From positions 124,001-188,000 of the forward strand of contig JBHGNT010000041.1 in the NCBI GenBank assembly GCA_043228905.1: a stretch of 64,000 bases of DNA, in the 5' to 3' direction. Made by a program: the position numbers and the translations under genes. Positions 37,921 to 48,892 of this stretch are shown here, one piece after another (position 1 is the first letter of the stretch; each line of letters opens with the position of its first letter). The stretch comes from Azolla caroliniana. Taxonomy: Eukaryota > Plantae > Polypodiophyta. The notes beneath the pieces were generated by a model. The model saw only the letters and a list, made by a program, of their open reading frames with translations, was not told the DNA's origin and searched no databases.

Positions 37921-38105
37921 CACAAAAGAGTCTTTCTATTCAATAGAAACAATAATACAACCAACCTTACAAAAAGGTTACAAGGTCACTATATATAGTG
38001 ACCGACTTAGGGCAACTACCATTTATGCTAATTACACAAATGGCCCAAACTTGATCTATACAAAGGGATAGTGTGAATACGTCCATTATACACTTGTATT
38101 CGACA
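32552..38105 (-). mobile_element. Young full-length Ty1/Copia element B (Tnt1/Tork-like)
   Basis: LTRs 32552-32864 and 37787-38105 are nearly identical, with TG..CA ends. TSD CCAGT; PBS-Met 37773-37784; PPT ~32865-32872. Confidence 0.95.
33067..37092 (-). pseudogene. Copia B gag-pol (Gag, CCHC, PR, IN, RT, RH) with a single in-frame TAA at 36856-36858
   Basis: ORFs 36856-37092 and 33067-36783 share a frame. Motifs CNYCKKPGHIKADC, DSGAS, DNGGEF, YVDD, KHIDVRYHF. Confidence 0.9.
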
Positions 38106-38625
38106 CCAGTAACCTTGTCTGACAAGGTATTGATGTATCTTGTACTCCCACGATGCAAAGTTCGTTCTGTCGAGCTTCTCCGTAGGAAGAGCGCTTCCCA
38201 TCTAAGTGTTCATGGTGATTTCTTTTTCTGTTGATTAACCGGTTCTGTTGATTGTCGACGTGCAACACAACACAATCGAACATGTGTGATCAGACAACCA
38301 CACACTCTGATACCATGTTAAGAGATGGAGTTTGTGGTGATTGCAATGCAGCAGAAGATGAGAGACTATGTGTGTGTGTGTGTGTGTGTAGCAACACAGA
38401 GAGAGAGAGAGAGAGAGAAAGAAAGAAAGAAAGAAAGATATATTAACGTCTTCTAAGGCCAAAATTGGCCCATGAGACAAATGGTTTACAACAAAAATGG
38501 GATATTTACCCATTCATCGAAGTAAAAATAAAAATAAGATGAAAAATAGAGTTTAAGCTAAATAGTTCTAAAAAATAACAAACATGTTTTATATAGAAAC
38601 ATGTTCTACTACAATGAAAATGGTG

Positions 38626-41600
38626 TTATACAATTGTTATTTTCATATTCCATCCAAGTCTCTCGAAGAGAAGCGGAAGGTCAAAGGGTTGCGATGTGGA
38701 TGTGGCCCGTGGTCCCCATGTAAGAGGTACGCCAACCATAGCTTCTAGTCGACGTAGCTCACGTTCCCTTATCTTCTTAATCTTGTCTACTCCACGTTGA
38801 CTTGTTTTGAAACCCAACATTCGAGGGCGTTTCGTTGTTCTTTGCATTTCTGCTTCCTCAAGGGAGAGGCCGAGCGGCGTAAGTGTATCCACATTCATCG
38901 TCTCCCCTTGTTCCTGAAAAATTACACTAGTTACATGGTGATGAATACTAAGAGGGTTATCGTTAGCACTTTGTAATTTATTCTCCCTATGTTGTTTTAG
39001 GTCTAAGATATATCTACCTAGTCTCTTTACATTCGGGGTATCTAATAGTTTGGAGAGGGTGGGAGAGGGTCCTAGTATGTCTTGGTATTCCGCTCGTATC
39101 TCGGCATAAGTTGGGCATTTGCATGTGAAGTGATACTCATCCTCTATCTCTATGTGGCATAACCTACATAACCTTTCCTCTCTAGGGACTCTATTAGCCC
39201 GACCATTCTCAATCTCAAGTTGGTGAGATGATATCCTAAGTTGTCCAATGGCCACCCTTAGTGCATTTGATAAGAATGTATCTAAATATCTTGGTCGTGT
39301 AATAAAACCTAGCGTAGAGAAGCGCAAGAAGTGTTCCTTATAGTACACCATTTTAGATGGGAGTGGTTCTCGTGGGGTGATCCATTTGTATCGAGTGTAA
39401 ATTTGCCATATTTCTTGGCGTATCACTTTATTACGATCTTCGTGAGAGATTAAAGTTTGATCAGTCCCATGGTTGTACTTAAGGGGAGGTAGGTTATTAA
39501 TGTCTATGCCGTTCACACGGAGCCAACTCACCACGATGCTATACCAAGAGCTAGTGTCGCCAGACACATATAAAGATCGAGACGCCTCAAAGGCTCGACG
39601 GGATATCCTATCTTGTGGTTGGCTATGTATCCGATGAATAAAAACTACCACTTGAAAGAGTGCTTCTACTAACATCGGGGGTAGACTGAACTCAGCTCTA
39701 ATAATGTCATGTGGTACTGTCGATTTGCTTCGGAGTTGACGTGATAACATCGTCACTAAAGGTCTCTCTAATTGCGTCCACATGAAAGATGGTAAACCTG
39801 GAGCCCATACTACTGATGCATACATGAGGGACGGGGTCACTAATGAGTCAAAAAGCCATCCCTTAGTCCGTGGCTCTTGAAAGTATGCCTGATGGCATTG
39901 TCTCTCTAAGAGTGAGAGGGATGCATACCCTCTCGTTAGCCTATCTTTGGCTGCCTGGGTCATCGAGAATTTACCTGAGCGAGCACTAAAGGTGACTCCC
40001 AAGTATACATACGATCCCACTACCTCAACTGGTTTATGAGAGAGGATTAGGTGACATTGACTCCTAACTCGGGACGATGTATGAAAGATAAGGACTTTAG
40101 TTTTCGCTAAATTCACGACCAGTCCTCGTTGTGTACAAAAGTCATCCAGGGCATTAAGATGCTTTTGTAGGTCGTGTTCCGACTCTGAGAGCAAGACAAT
40201 GTCGTCTGCGTAGAGTAAGAGACTAACTTGCGTCTCCCCAATAGCTACTCCCTTGCCTCCCTTACGAGCAATAAAATCAGTGATCTCATCAATGTAGATC
40301 CCAAAAAGAGTCGGTGATAGGGGGCAACCCTGTTTTACACCAATGGTGCTAGTGAAACAATCGGATAGGCCACCTGGGCATCTTACACACCCAGAGACTT
40401 GCTCATATAGGGCATAAATGGCCCAGATCATGTCATCTGGTATCTCCAAGCTCTTAAGTCTATCAAACAACCTTTCCCTAGGAACCGTGTCAAAGGCCTT
40501 GCGAAAGTCCACAAAGCAACAATATAGTTTCTTCTTACGAGCCTTTGTCTGGTCAATTAAGCACCTGAGTGTGAAGATATGGTCAATAGTGGAGAAGGCT
40601 CGTCTAAAGCCAGCTTGCTCAGGTGCTCGAAGACTTAATGTTTCCATATAATCACTGAGCTCCGCTTCCATTACTGCACCATATAGTTTAGCGAGCGTAT
40701 GACCTATCATAACGGTCCTATATGTATTTGGGTCCATTGAGTCCCCTCCTTTATGTATAGGGGCCACTGTGTTCATGGCCCATTGTGGTGGAAAACCCTC
40801 GGCGAGGGCGCGGTTGAAGATTAGAGCGAGAAGGGGGGCTAGGCACTCTCGAGCATATATGATGTGCTCGGCACACAATCCTGTGTGGTCCATGGATTTC
40901 CTATGTTGTAATTTTTTGATGACCTTCGTGACCCTAGAGGTCGTGAAAAGTGTCCCCATGGTAGGTCGAGGTGTGGAGGGCATTGGAATGGGTGGTTGGT
41001 TCGGGACATGGTAGAGTCTCTCAATATATGTGTGCCAAATATTGGGATCCTCGATGGGTGTTTGTGGTCTCGGTTCCCGTAGCCTCTTCCATGCGAGGGC
41101 ACAATCCCTACTCATGAGCATATGGTAGAGTTCCCAATATTGAGATGCTTCCCAAGCCCGTCTTTTACGACGTGTCATCTTGCGCATCTCTTTGCGAGCC
41201 TGTACTGAGGAAATAGTACCACTAAGCCGCGATACTTTAAGTTGTCTATACAACTCTCTACAATCCTCATCATACCACTTGTTCTGTGGCATAGACCCAA
41301 CTCTACTATGATTGGAGTCTTTCGTGTATGGGAAGCTCCTAGTTGCTGCTGAGTGGAGGATGTGTGTGAGTTCTGTAGTGAGGTGCTCTAAAGGCAAGGA
41401 AGAATCAAAAGAGGAGAGATGCGCTTGAACATGTCGAGAATAGATGTCAGCGAGCTCATGCGTGAAATGTATTATAGTGCGATGGGTTGGTTTACTAGAG
41501 TTGGTGGCGTGGGAGGCGTCACATTTTAGCTCAAAGTATAGGAAGCTATGGTCTGCGCCAATGGGGCATGGGGCCACCCGGAAGGAGCTAACCATGTGGG

Positions 41601-42387
41601 TAGCTTCAGGGCGTCCTATTAGGTAATCAACTGTGCTTTCCCCTCCTCCATGTGGGAAACATGTGAGCTCTTCCGAGCCCGGCCACTTGGCTAAGCCATT
41701 ATATATGATCATCTAGTGTCGGCTTCCAAGTTCAAGCAGATGATGGCCAAAGCTTGTGGCGTCCGCACCTTGATCTTTTGATGTACGTGTTATGCCTAAG
41801 GCTAAAGGGTCGACATTCACCATTTCTAGGTTTCTATCCATCTGAAATATTGTGCATTGGCGGGATTGGGTTCTCGCATTGAAATCTCCTACAAGGAAGA
41901 CTTCCCCTTGAGAAGAATATCGGATTATGTCATCCGATAAAGGTTCGTATGGAGAAGGCCCATGTGGCGTTCCTTCATCAACTATACTCGCCACTCCAGC
42001 CATATTATACCGAGATCCTTTCGGGGGGAAGTAACAAATGGCAATAAATATCACCTGATCTTTGCTAGTGAGTACTTTCACCCACATAAAATGGGCTTCT
42101 GGGTCTTTCTTTAGTATTTCTATCCTACTATGTATCTCTCTCCGAAATAATATCGCAACCCCTCCAGACCCTCTAGTAGTGTGTCGACGTGAGGTTTGTC
42201 TAAAGACAGATTCCCAACGAAAACCATCAACTCGTGGTAATCCTCGATTTGGACTTTGATGTGTTTCTACCAAAAAAAGTATATCAGATACCCTCAAAAT
42301 CTCCTCTAGACGGCCAGGGTGTGTCCAAAGTGCACCGTTACAATTCCATAAACTCATCCTAAGTCTATTATTTGTCACATGGGCCAC
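38626..42387 (-). pseudogene. LINE ORF2 (APE, RT, C-terminal CCHC) with one in-frame TAG at 41713-41715
   Basis: WNCNG, GDFNAR, VDY, ADH; VDFRKAFD, GVKQGCPLSP, YADD; LRISSHQLEIENGR..CRLC..EDEYHF..C. The two ORF pieces are in the same frame. Confidence 0.9.
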
Positions 42388-42393
42388 ACGCCG

Positions 42394-43197
42394 TCAATTG
42401 GCAGCGCGATCATTTATTATGACCCGTCCGTCTCGGTAGAAGGCACGATGCCCCTCTTTACGAGCTTGTATGACTCGCGGCATACAAGTTTTACGATACT
42501 CAATTTGCATCTTGGTCAAGTCTTCATCGAGGTAGATGGGCTCCCCGCCCAATCCTCGAAGAATTGGTCTCTTTTTAAAAAAGGCGATTCTAGATTCCGA
42601 GTCCTTAAATTGAAGAACTAAAGCTCTTTTCCTAGTGGTGTCACGCCCTACCCTCCAAGTTTTAGTGATTGGTAGGGCTTCATATCCCAACATTTTACCC
42701 AAGGTTTGTGCATCTTCGTCGGGAGATGCCCCTTCCTTGAGCCCAGTAACTCGTACATTTAGGCGTCGAGCTTGACGCATTTTTTCCTCCTCGAGGGTAG
42801 TGTTTACAATATTTTCGTCCTTTAGTTCTTTTTTAATATTACGTTTTACTACATCAACCCACCCAGTTTTTGCTAGTTCCATATCACTTTTAACCTCTTC
42901 TTTAACTTTTTTTATCTCGTCCTTAATATCCTCTAGAGAAGATATTTCACCATCTTCCCTAGATGTTTCAAGGTCCTTAATTCGTTTTTGAAGGTTTACG
43001 TTATCTACCTTAAGTTTCGCTACTTCAGCAATAAGCAATTCTCTTTCTTCCTTATCTTTTTGTTTTTCAGCTTCAATTTCTTTCACCCATTTTTCCATTT
43101 TAACGAACCGGTTAAGGACATCTAAAAAATCTTCCTTACTTATAATTTCTTCGTTTGTTTCCTTATGGTTTCGTCGAGAAGTCATCTTGTAATTCAA
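42394..43197 (-). CDS. LINE ORF1 (coiled coil plus RRM/CTD), 267 aa
   Basis: Heptad-rich N-terminal half; RRLNVRVTGLKE, IYLDEDLT; 6 nt upstream of ORF2. The annotated start codon is uncertain. Confidence 0.85.
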   Translation of the reverse strand: MNYKMTSRRNHKETNEEIISKEDFLDVLNRFVKMEKWVKEIEAEKQKDKEERELLIAEVAKLKVDNVNLQKRIKDLETSREDGEISSLEDIKDEIKKVKEEVKSDMELAKTGWVDVVKRNIKKELKDENIVNTTLEEEKMRQARRLNVRVTGLKEGASPDEDAQTLGKMLGYEALPITKTWRVGRDTTRKRALVLQFKDSESRIAFFKKRPILRGLGGEPIYLDEDLTKMQIEYRKTCMPRVIQARKEGHRAFYRDGRVIINDRAAN

Positions 43198-43721
43198 AAG
43201 ATAAAGAAAGAAAAAGACAAAAGGACAGAAAAAACTTAGCCGAGCATCGACGTCTTTCGCGCTAGATATGAGTGTAGAAGCACATGTATGCTTGTTTCAG
43301 CCGGTGACGTCGTCCGGTAAGTGAAGTACCACGATGAAGGGCAACGGCTACACACGATAAAAGCGGCCAAGAATCGAGGACGGCGACAATCGGCAAACAA
43401 CACACCCAAGAACGACGGTAGACGAAAGAAGATGGCAACGGTGACGGCGACGGCGACAGTCGGCAGACGGCAGACGGCAGACGGCGGCAGCAGACGACGA
43501 TGACCGTCGACAGACGACGGAGACGGCGGCAGCAAACGGCGGCGACAGTCGGCAGACGACGGCGACGACGACAGCAGGCGACGGCGGCGTCAGCAGCAAC
43601 AGCGACAACAGGCGGCGTCGTCGGCAGCAGCAGACGACGGCGGCAGCAGATGACGCGGCTGCAGACGACGGCGGCAGCAGATGACGGCCACGTAACGGTC
43701 AAAAACAGAGAGTAACGGTCA

Positions 43722-43780
<59 letters not shown>

Positions 43781-43954
43781 TCAACTGTATATTACATAAG
43801 ACTTCCAACAATAACTAAATTACAATGAGTTGGTTTATATACCAACTAAGCTAGGGCAAGCACCCTTTCTGCTATTTACAAAACTAGCATGGTATGACCA
43901 TGGGCTAGTGTGAACCTATTCCTCTAGGAAGTTGAGTTCGATTCTCAACAATTT

Positions 43955-44150
43955 TACGTTTTATGTTCCAAGTAGGTCATATGTTGATTTATGTTTTAAG
44001 TTTTATGTTTCAAGTATGTCATATGTTGATTTATATTTTAAGTTTTATGTTTCAAGTATGTCATATGTTGATTCATGTTTTAAGGTTTATGTTTCAAGTA
44101 TGCCATACATTGATTTATGTTTTAAGTTTTAAGTTTCAAGTATGTCATCG
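43955..44150. repeat. ~42-bp tandem repeat of MULE 1
   Basis: TTTTATGTTTCAAGTATGTCATATGTTGATTTATG units; the reverse complement of a related array lies at 50440-50720. Confidence 0.8.
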
Positions 44151-44989
44151 TTGAATTTGTGTTCATTTGCATGTAACAAGAGGTACAATATTGACTGGAT
44201 AGATGAAATATGAAAAGAAGAAAGCATTTTGGGGTTTAATAACATATTCCACTAAGTGAAATAAGGTAGAATTGTTTCCATTACTTTCTTTTAGTCTAAT
44301 GAATTATTGTTTTTCTTAAACATCATTTGAACCTTATGTCTAATGGTGGTTCGATTTGAAACATATTTCATTATTATAGTAAGTTGGTTTTGCATTTGTA
44401 TTTTTGTTGCAAACTATATAATCTAAGGAAAAGGTGCACTAGAAAGAAATATTGTATTGCCAATATTAAGTGTGATTGAATGTAGCACATATATTGATCG
44501 ATAAGCGTCACATATTGAATCAATCATATATTAATCTCTTCCTCGTTGATGGGAAGAGTACATTAATATACATGCAAGAATCAATTGATAGTTGCTAAAA
44601 TCCCAAAACCAAATGTCGAAACCCTAAAAAAGAAAGAAGTTGAAGAAGAAGAAAACCTAAGGGTGAAAGCATGCAAGTGGAAACAATTAGATATGTCCTT
44701 GACATAGCTAATTAGCTATGCAAAAAGCTACCATTGATAAATAGTCATTTTTGCAAAAAGCTACCATTGATAAATTAGCTATGCAAAAAGCTACCATTGA
44801 AAATAGTAGAGAGTTTTAATTATATAAATGAGCACCATAAATGTGCAACATAAACGTGAAACATAAATTGATATGTGCACCACAAATTATATACTGAATT
44901 CCTAGGTCCATTATGCATGATCCTTTGCCACATCACGTGGGTCATCTTTGGTTGAGTATTCTGGCTTAGATTACTACCACTGTTGCTAA

Positions 44990-45930
44990 ATCCTATTGAG
45001 TCCACTCCTCCATTGCCGCCATTCTACACTCAGTTATCGGCACTGTGTGGTCCAAGTATCATCTGCTACTGTTCGATCCGACGGAGTTCACTCCTCCATT
45101 GCCGCCACTCTACACTCAGTTGCCGCTATTGTGAAGGTCGTATATTGCTGCCACTTTTCGATCCAATGGAATTAACCCCTTCTCCACTGTCGCCATTCTA
45201 CTCTCAGTTGCCATCACTGTGCGTTCCAAGCATCATCTGCCACTGTTCGATCTGATGGAGTTCACTCATCCATTGCCATCATTCTACACTTAGTTGTCAC
45301 TACTATTTGGTGACTGGTCCTAGATTGCTGCCACTTTTTGATTTGACGGAGTTCACTCATCCATTGCCAACATTCTACACTTAGTTGCCGCTACTGTTCG
45401 GTCGTGTATTGTTGCCACTTTTCAATCTGAGGGAGTTCACTCCTTCTCCATTGCCACCATTGTACTCTCAGTTGTCATCACTGTGCGTTCCAAGCATCAT
45501 CTGGCACTGTTCAATCTGACGGACTTCACTCCTCCATTGCCATCATTCTATACTTAGTTGCCGCTACTGTTCACTTTTCGATTTGACGGAGTTCACTCAT
45601 CCATTGCCATCATTCTACACTTAGTTGTTGCTATTGTTTGGTGGTGTATTGCTGCCACTTTTTGATCCAAAGGAGTTCACTCCTTCTCCACTACTGCCAT
45701 TCTACTCTTAGTTGTCGTCAGTGTGCGTTCCAAGAATCATCTGCCACTATTCGATCCAACGGAATTCACTCCTCCATTGCCATCATTCTACACTCAATTG
45801 CCGCAATTGTTCGGTCCTGGATTGTCAAAACTGTTCGATCAAATGGAGTTCACTCCTCCACTACCGCCCTTCTACACTTAGTTGCCGCGACTATTCGGCC
45901 CTGGATTACCACCACTGTTCGGTCTTGGAT
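44990..45930. repeat. Minisatellite, ~70-85 bp units
   Basis: Repeating GGAGTTCACTCCTCCATTGCC..ATTCTACACTTAGTTGCC..CTGTTCGAT. Confidence 0.85.
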
Positions 45931-46060
45931 TTGAATAACTATTCTATTTATTGATTATCTTGTGTATTGTGGAATATTTTTGTGTATTGTTGTAGCCCAT
46001 AGCCATCTTTAATACGTGTCTTTTTTTCGGGGAAATTAGGGTTTAAACCCATCAAGCCAA

Positions 46061-46828
46061 ATGGAAGGGGAAGGAGGGTGTTTAGAATTACTCCTCAATG
46101 ATCATCAGGACAGGGATGACGCTATCAGGACACAACAAGTGATACAAAAGTATTGGGCAGAAAAAAGAAGAAGAAAACATCGTCAATTATTGAAGGATAC
46201 AAAAGCCACACTCACTAAAGGTAAAGATAGTATTGGTTGCGATATAGGTCTAAATATCACTGAGAATGGAAGTAATGAACTACTATCATAGAGAGAAAGG
46301 TTGTAGACTATTTCAATGTTCAAACCAAGCACATCAGCAATGAAGACAAGAAGGTAGTACTTTATGGAATATTAAATGATGCATCAATAAAGGAGTTAGT
46401 TGATTGTGATGGTCTTAAAGCAAACATAACATCTATACTAGTAAATAATCTCTGTAATAGTTTCGTATCCATGAGTAGTAGGTCAGAAGATGATCTTGTC
46501 TTAAAAAGGTCTAGTCTAATGATGTTACTTAATAGTGATGTTGACGATATTAACATCAGTGTGATATCTAAGGTAATTGGTGTTAGTGGAAAAAGTGTGT
46601 ACAATACATTAAACCGGATAGTTTCCTTGGGTGAAGGAACTAATCTGCTAAAGCTAACAACAAGATGTAAGCCAATGACACCCATAACATAAAAAATCAA
46701 GGATATAATCACAATATTTTGGACTAATGAGAGTAGGGTTTCACCCAATAAGAAGGATTTATGCAGGAAACGTGTTGGAAGGAGTCAATACGAGGAGCAT
46801 CCCATTCATCTTCTTGATGTACCTCAGG
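46061..46828 (+). pseudogene. N-terminal transposase-like exon of the TIR element
   Basis: Broken frame with an HTH-like ISKVIGVSGKSVY and FWTNESRVSPNKKD..RKR..HPIHLLD, ending at donor CAG|GTATT. No catalytic region seen. Confidence 0.55.
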
Positions 46829-46899
46829 TATTTACATTTATCTCAACATTTGTTTTGACTTTTGAGCTTAGTTAGTTAGCTTATTAGCTACCTCTGAAT

Positions 46900-48265
46900 A
46901 TGACCATAGCTAACTAGCTACTAGTAATAGCTAATTAGCTACCATTGATAGCTATTTAGCTGCCTAGAACAATAGCTAATTAGCGCTAATTATTTGGTTA
47001 TGACTATAGCTAATTAGCTACCAGAATTGCTAATCCCCTACTGGAATAACTACTATACTAAACTATGGTAGTAGCTAATTAGCTACTGTATTAAACTATG
47101 GTATAGCTAATTAGCTACTGTATTAAACTATGGTAGTAGCTAATTAGCTACCACTTAGCTAATTAGCAACTATAACTAAAGTATGGTAGTAGCTAATTAG
47201 CTACCACTTAACTAATTAGCTATTGTACTAAACTATGGTAGTAGTTAATTAGCTACCACTTAGCTAATTAGCTACTCAACTAAAGTATGGTAGTAGCTAA
47301 TTAGCTACCAGAATTGTTAATCCCCTATTGGAATAACTACTATATTAAACTATGGTAGTAGCTAATTAGCTACTGTATTAAACTATGGTAGTAGCTAATT
47401 AGCTACCACTTAGCTAATTAGCTACTTAGCTGAAGTATGGTGGTAGCTAATTAGCTACCAATTAGCTAATTCGCGACTCAACTAAAGTATGGTAGTAGCT
47501 AATCAGCCACTATAACTAAAGTATGGTAGTAGCTAATTAGCTACCACTTAACTAATTAGCTATTGTACTAAACTATGGTAGTAGTTAATTAACTACCACT
47601 TAGCTAATTAGCTACTCAACTAAAGTATGGTAGTAGCTAATTAGCTACTCAACTAAAGTATGGTAGTAGCTAATTAGCGACTCAATTAAAGTATGGTACT
47701 AGCTAATTAACCACTATAACTAAAGTATGGTAGTAGCTAATTAGCTACTCAACTAAAGTATGGTAGTAGCTAATTAGCTACTCAACTAAAGTATGGTAGT
47801 AGCTAATTAGCGACTCAGTTAAAGTATGGTACTAGCTAATTAACCACTATAACTAAAGTATGGTAGTAGCTAATTAGCTACCACTTAACTAATTAGCTAC
47901 TACACTAAAGTATTGTAGTAGCTAATTAGCTACCACTTAGCTATTGTACTAAACTATAGTAATAGCTAATTAGCTACCAGTTAGTTAACTAGCTACTCAG
48001 CTAAAGTATGGTAGTAGCTAATTAGGTAAGTGGTAGATAATTAGCTATTGTACTAAACTATGGTAGTCGCTAATTAGCTACCACTTAGCTAATTAGCTAC
48101 CACTTAGCTAATTAGCTACTGTACTACACTATGGTAGTAGCTAAATGACATGTATTTAACTAATAAAACATAAAATTTCGTAAACCATCCTTATGATTTT
48201 CCCACAAAAAACTAGCTAAACAAATAGCTAATTAGTTGTGACCATTTTAGTAGCTAATTAGCTAT
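46900..48265. repeat. Satellite built on the 14-bp palindrome TAGCTAATTAGCTA
   Basis: Dozens of ~33-50 bp units of TATGGTAGTAGCTAATTAGCTA. Confidence 0.9.
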
Positions 48266-48892
48266 AATAGTGTTTCCACTCGCATGCTTTTACCCCTAAA
48301 TGATATTAAAATTTACCAATAAGCAAAATAAACTCTCTTCTTAATAAGAGAGGAAAAGAGCTTTAAACCATGCACCTATTAACAAAAAAAAAAAAGTCTA
48401 ACCACCAAACCATTACATTTTAATATTATTTTTATTAAGTACTTCATTTATTGTTCTAAAAATTGGGTGGTTGGGCAACCTGCATCAGTCAGGGTTGGGC
48501 GACCAAGGACTCAAAGTTGGGTGACCTCTGATAGATTTTTATCGTTCTTTCTTATCCAAATCGGACGGTGCACATCGCACACGCCTTCCTTTGAGCAACT
48601 TGCACCGTCTGTGGCCGTGATTCCCTCCCCAACCCTATTTATGATTTGGTATAAAATAGACACGAGCTACATACATACATGCATATATACCATACCATAC
48701 ATACATACATGCATACACACACACTCACTCACTCACACACACTCTCTCTCTCTCTCTCTCTCTCTCGTGTCTATTATATATACACTAAATCATATATAGG
48801 ACTGGTGAGGGAATTGTGACCACAGACGATGCAGATTACTCAACCGATGGCGCATGCAATTTGCATCGTCTGATTTGGATAAGAAAGAATGT

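Larger units (their letters stand above)
38418..43731 (-). mobile_element. RTEX-like non-LTR retrotransposon inserted in the (TC)n tract of the Copia A LTR; (TTTC)n 3' tail
   Basis: Both junctions merge into (GA)n. Contains ORF1, ORF2 and a GC-rich repeated 5'UTR. Exact ends are ambiguous within the microsatellite. Confidence 0.85.
29175..43950 (-). mobile_element. Ty1/Copia element A: 3'-truncated; 5' LTR 38316-43950 split by the RTEX LINE; gag split by Copia B
   Basis: PBS-Met at 38305-38315. gag MGSALPTEKLD..QGYW|SYIEG rejoins across the insertion. DSGAS protease, integrase, and RT motifs QMDVKNAFL and YVDD. No RNase H or 3' LTR. Confidence 0.9.
44661..48295 (+). mobile_element. Sola2-like TIR DNA transposon (non-autonomous deletion derivative)
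   Basis: TIRs GGGTGAAAGCATGCAAGTGGAAACA / TGTTTCCACTCGCATGCTTTTACCC; 4-bp TSD CTAA (44657-44660, 48296-48299). Confidence 0.75.
27178..48666 (+). mobile_element. Mutator-like element 1 (long TIRs, Ulp1-protease gene remnant, transposase deleted), host to nested insertions
   Basis: Left end GTGTCTATT..AAATCAT..GAGGGAAT..CACCGTCCGATTTGGATAA is the inverted copy of ~48500-48666. CCCAACC arrays and TTCAAGTATG arrays are shared with element 2. Confidence 0.8.

Noticed and set aside
44990-48265. CRISPR-like appearance of the regularly spaced repeats
   Set aside because: The intervening sequences are themselves repeated, there are no cas genes, and the context is eukaryotic.
48764-48800. Helitron 5' end (TCTATTATATATAC)
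   Set aside because: The same sequence occurs as an inverted pair around element 1 and is linked to a MULE transposase; no RepHel was seen.
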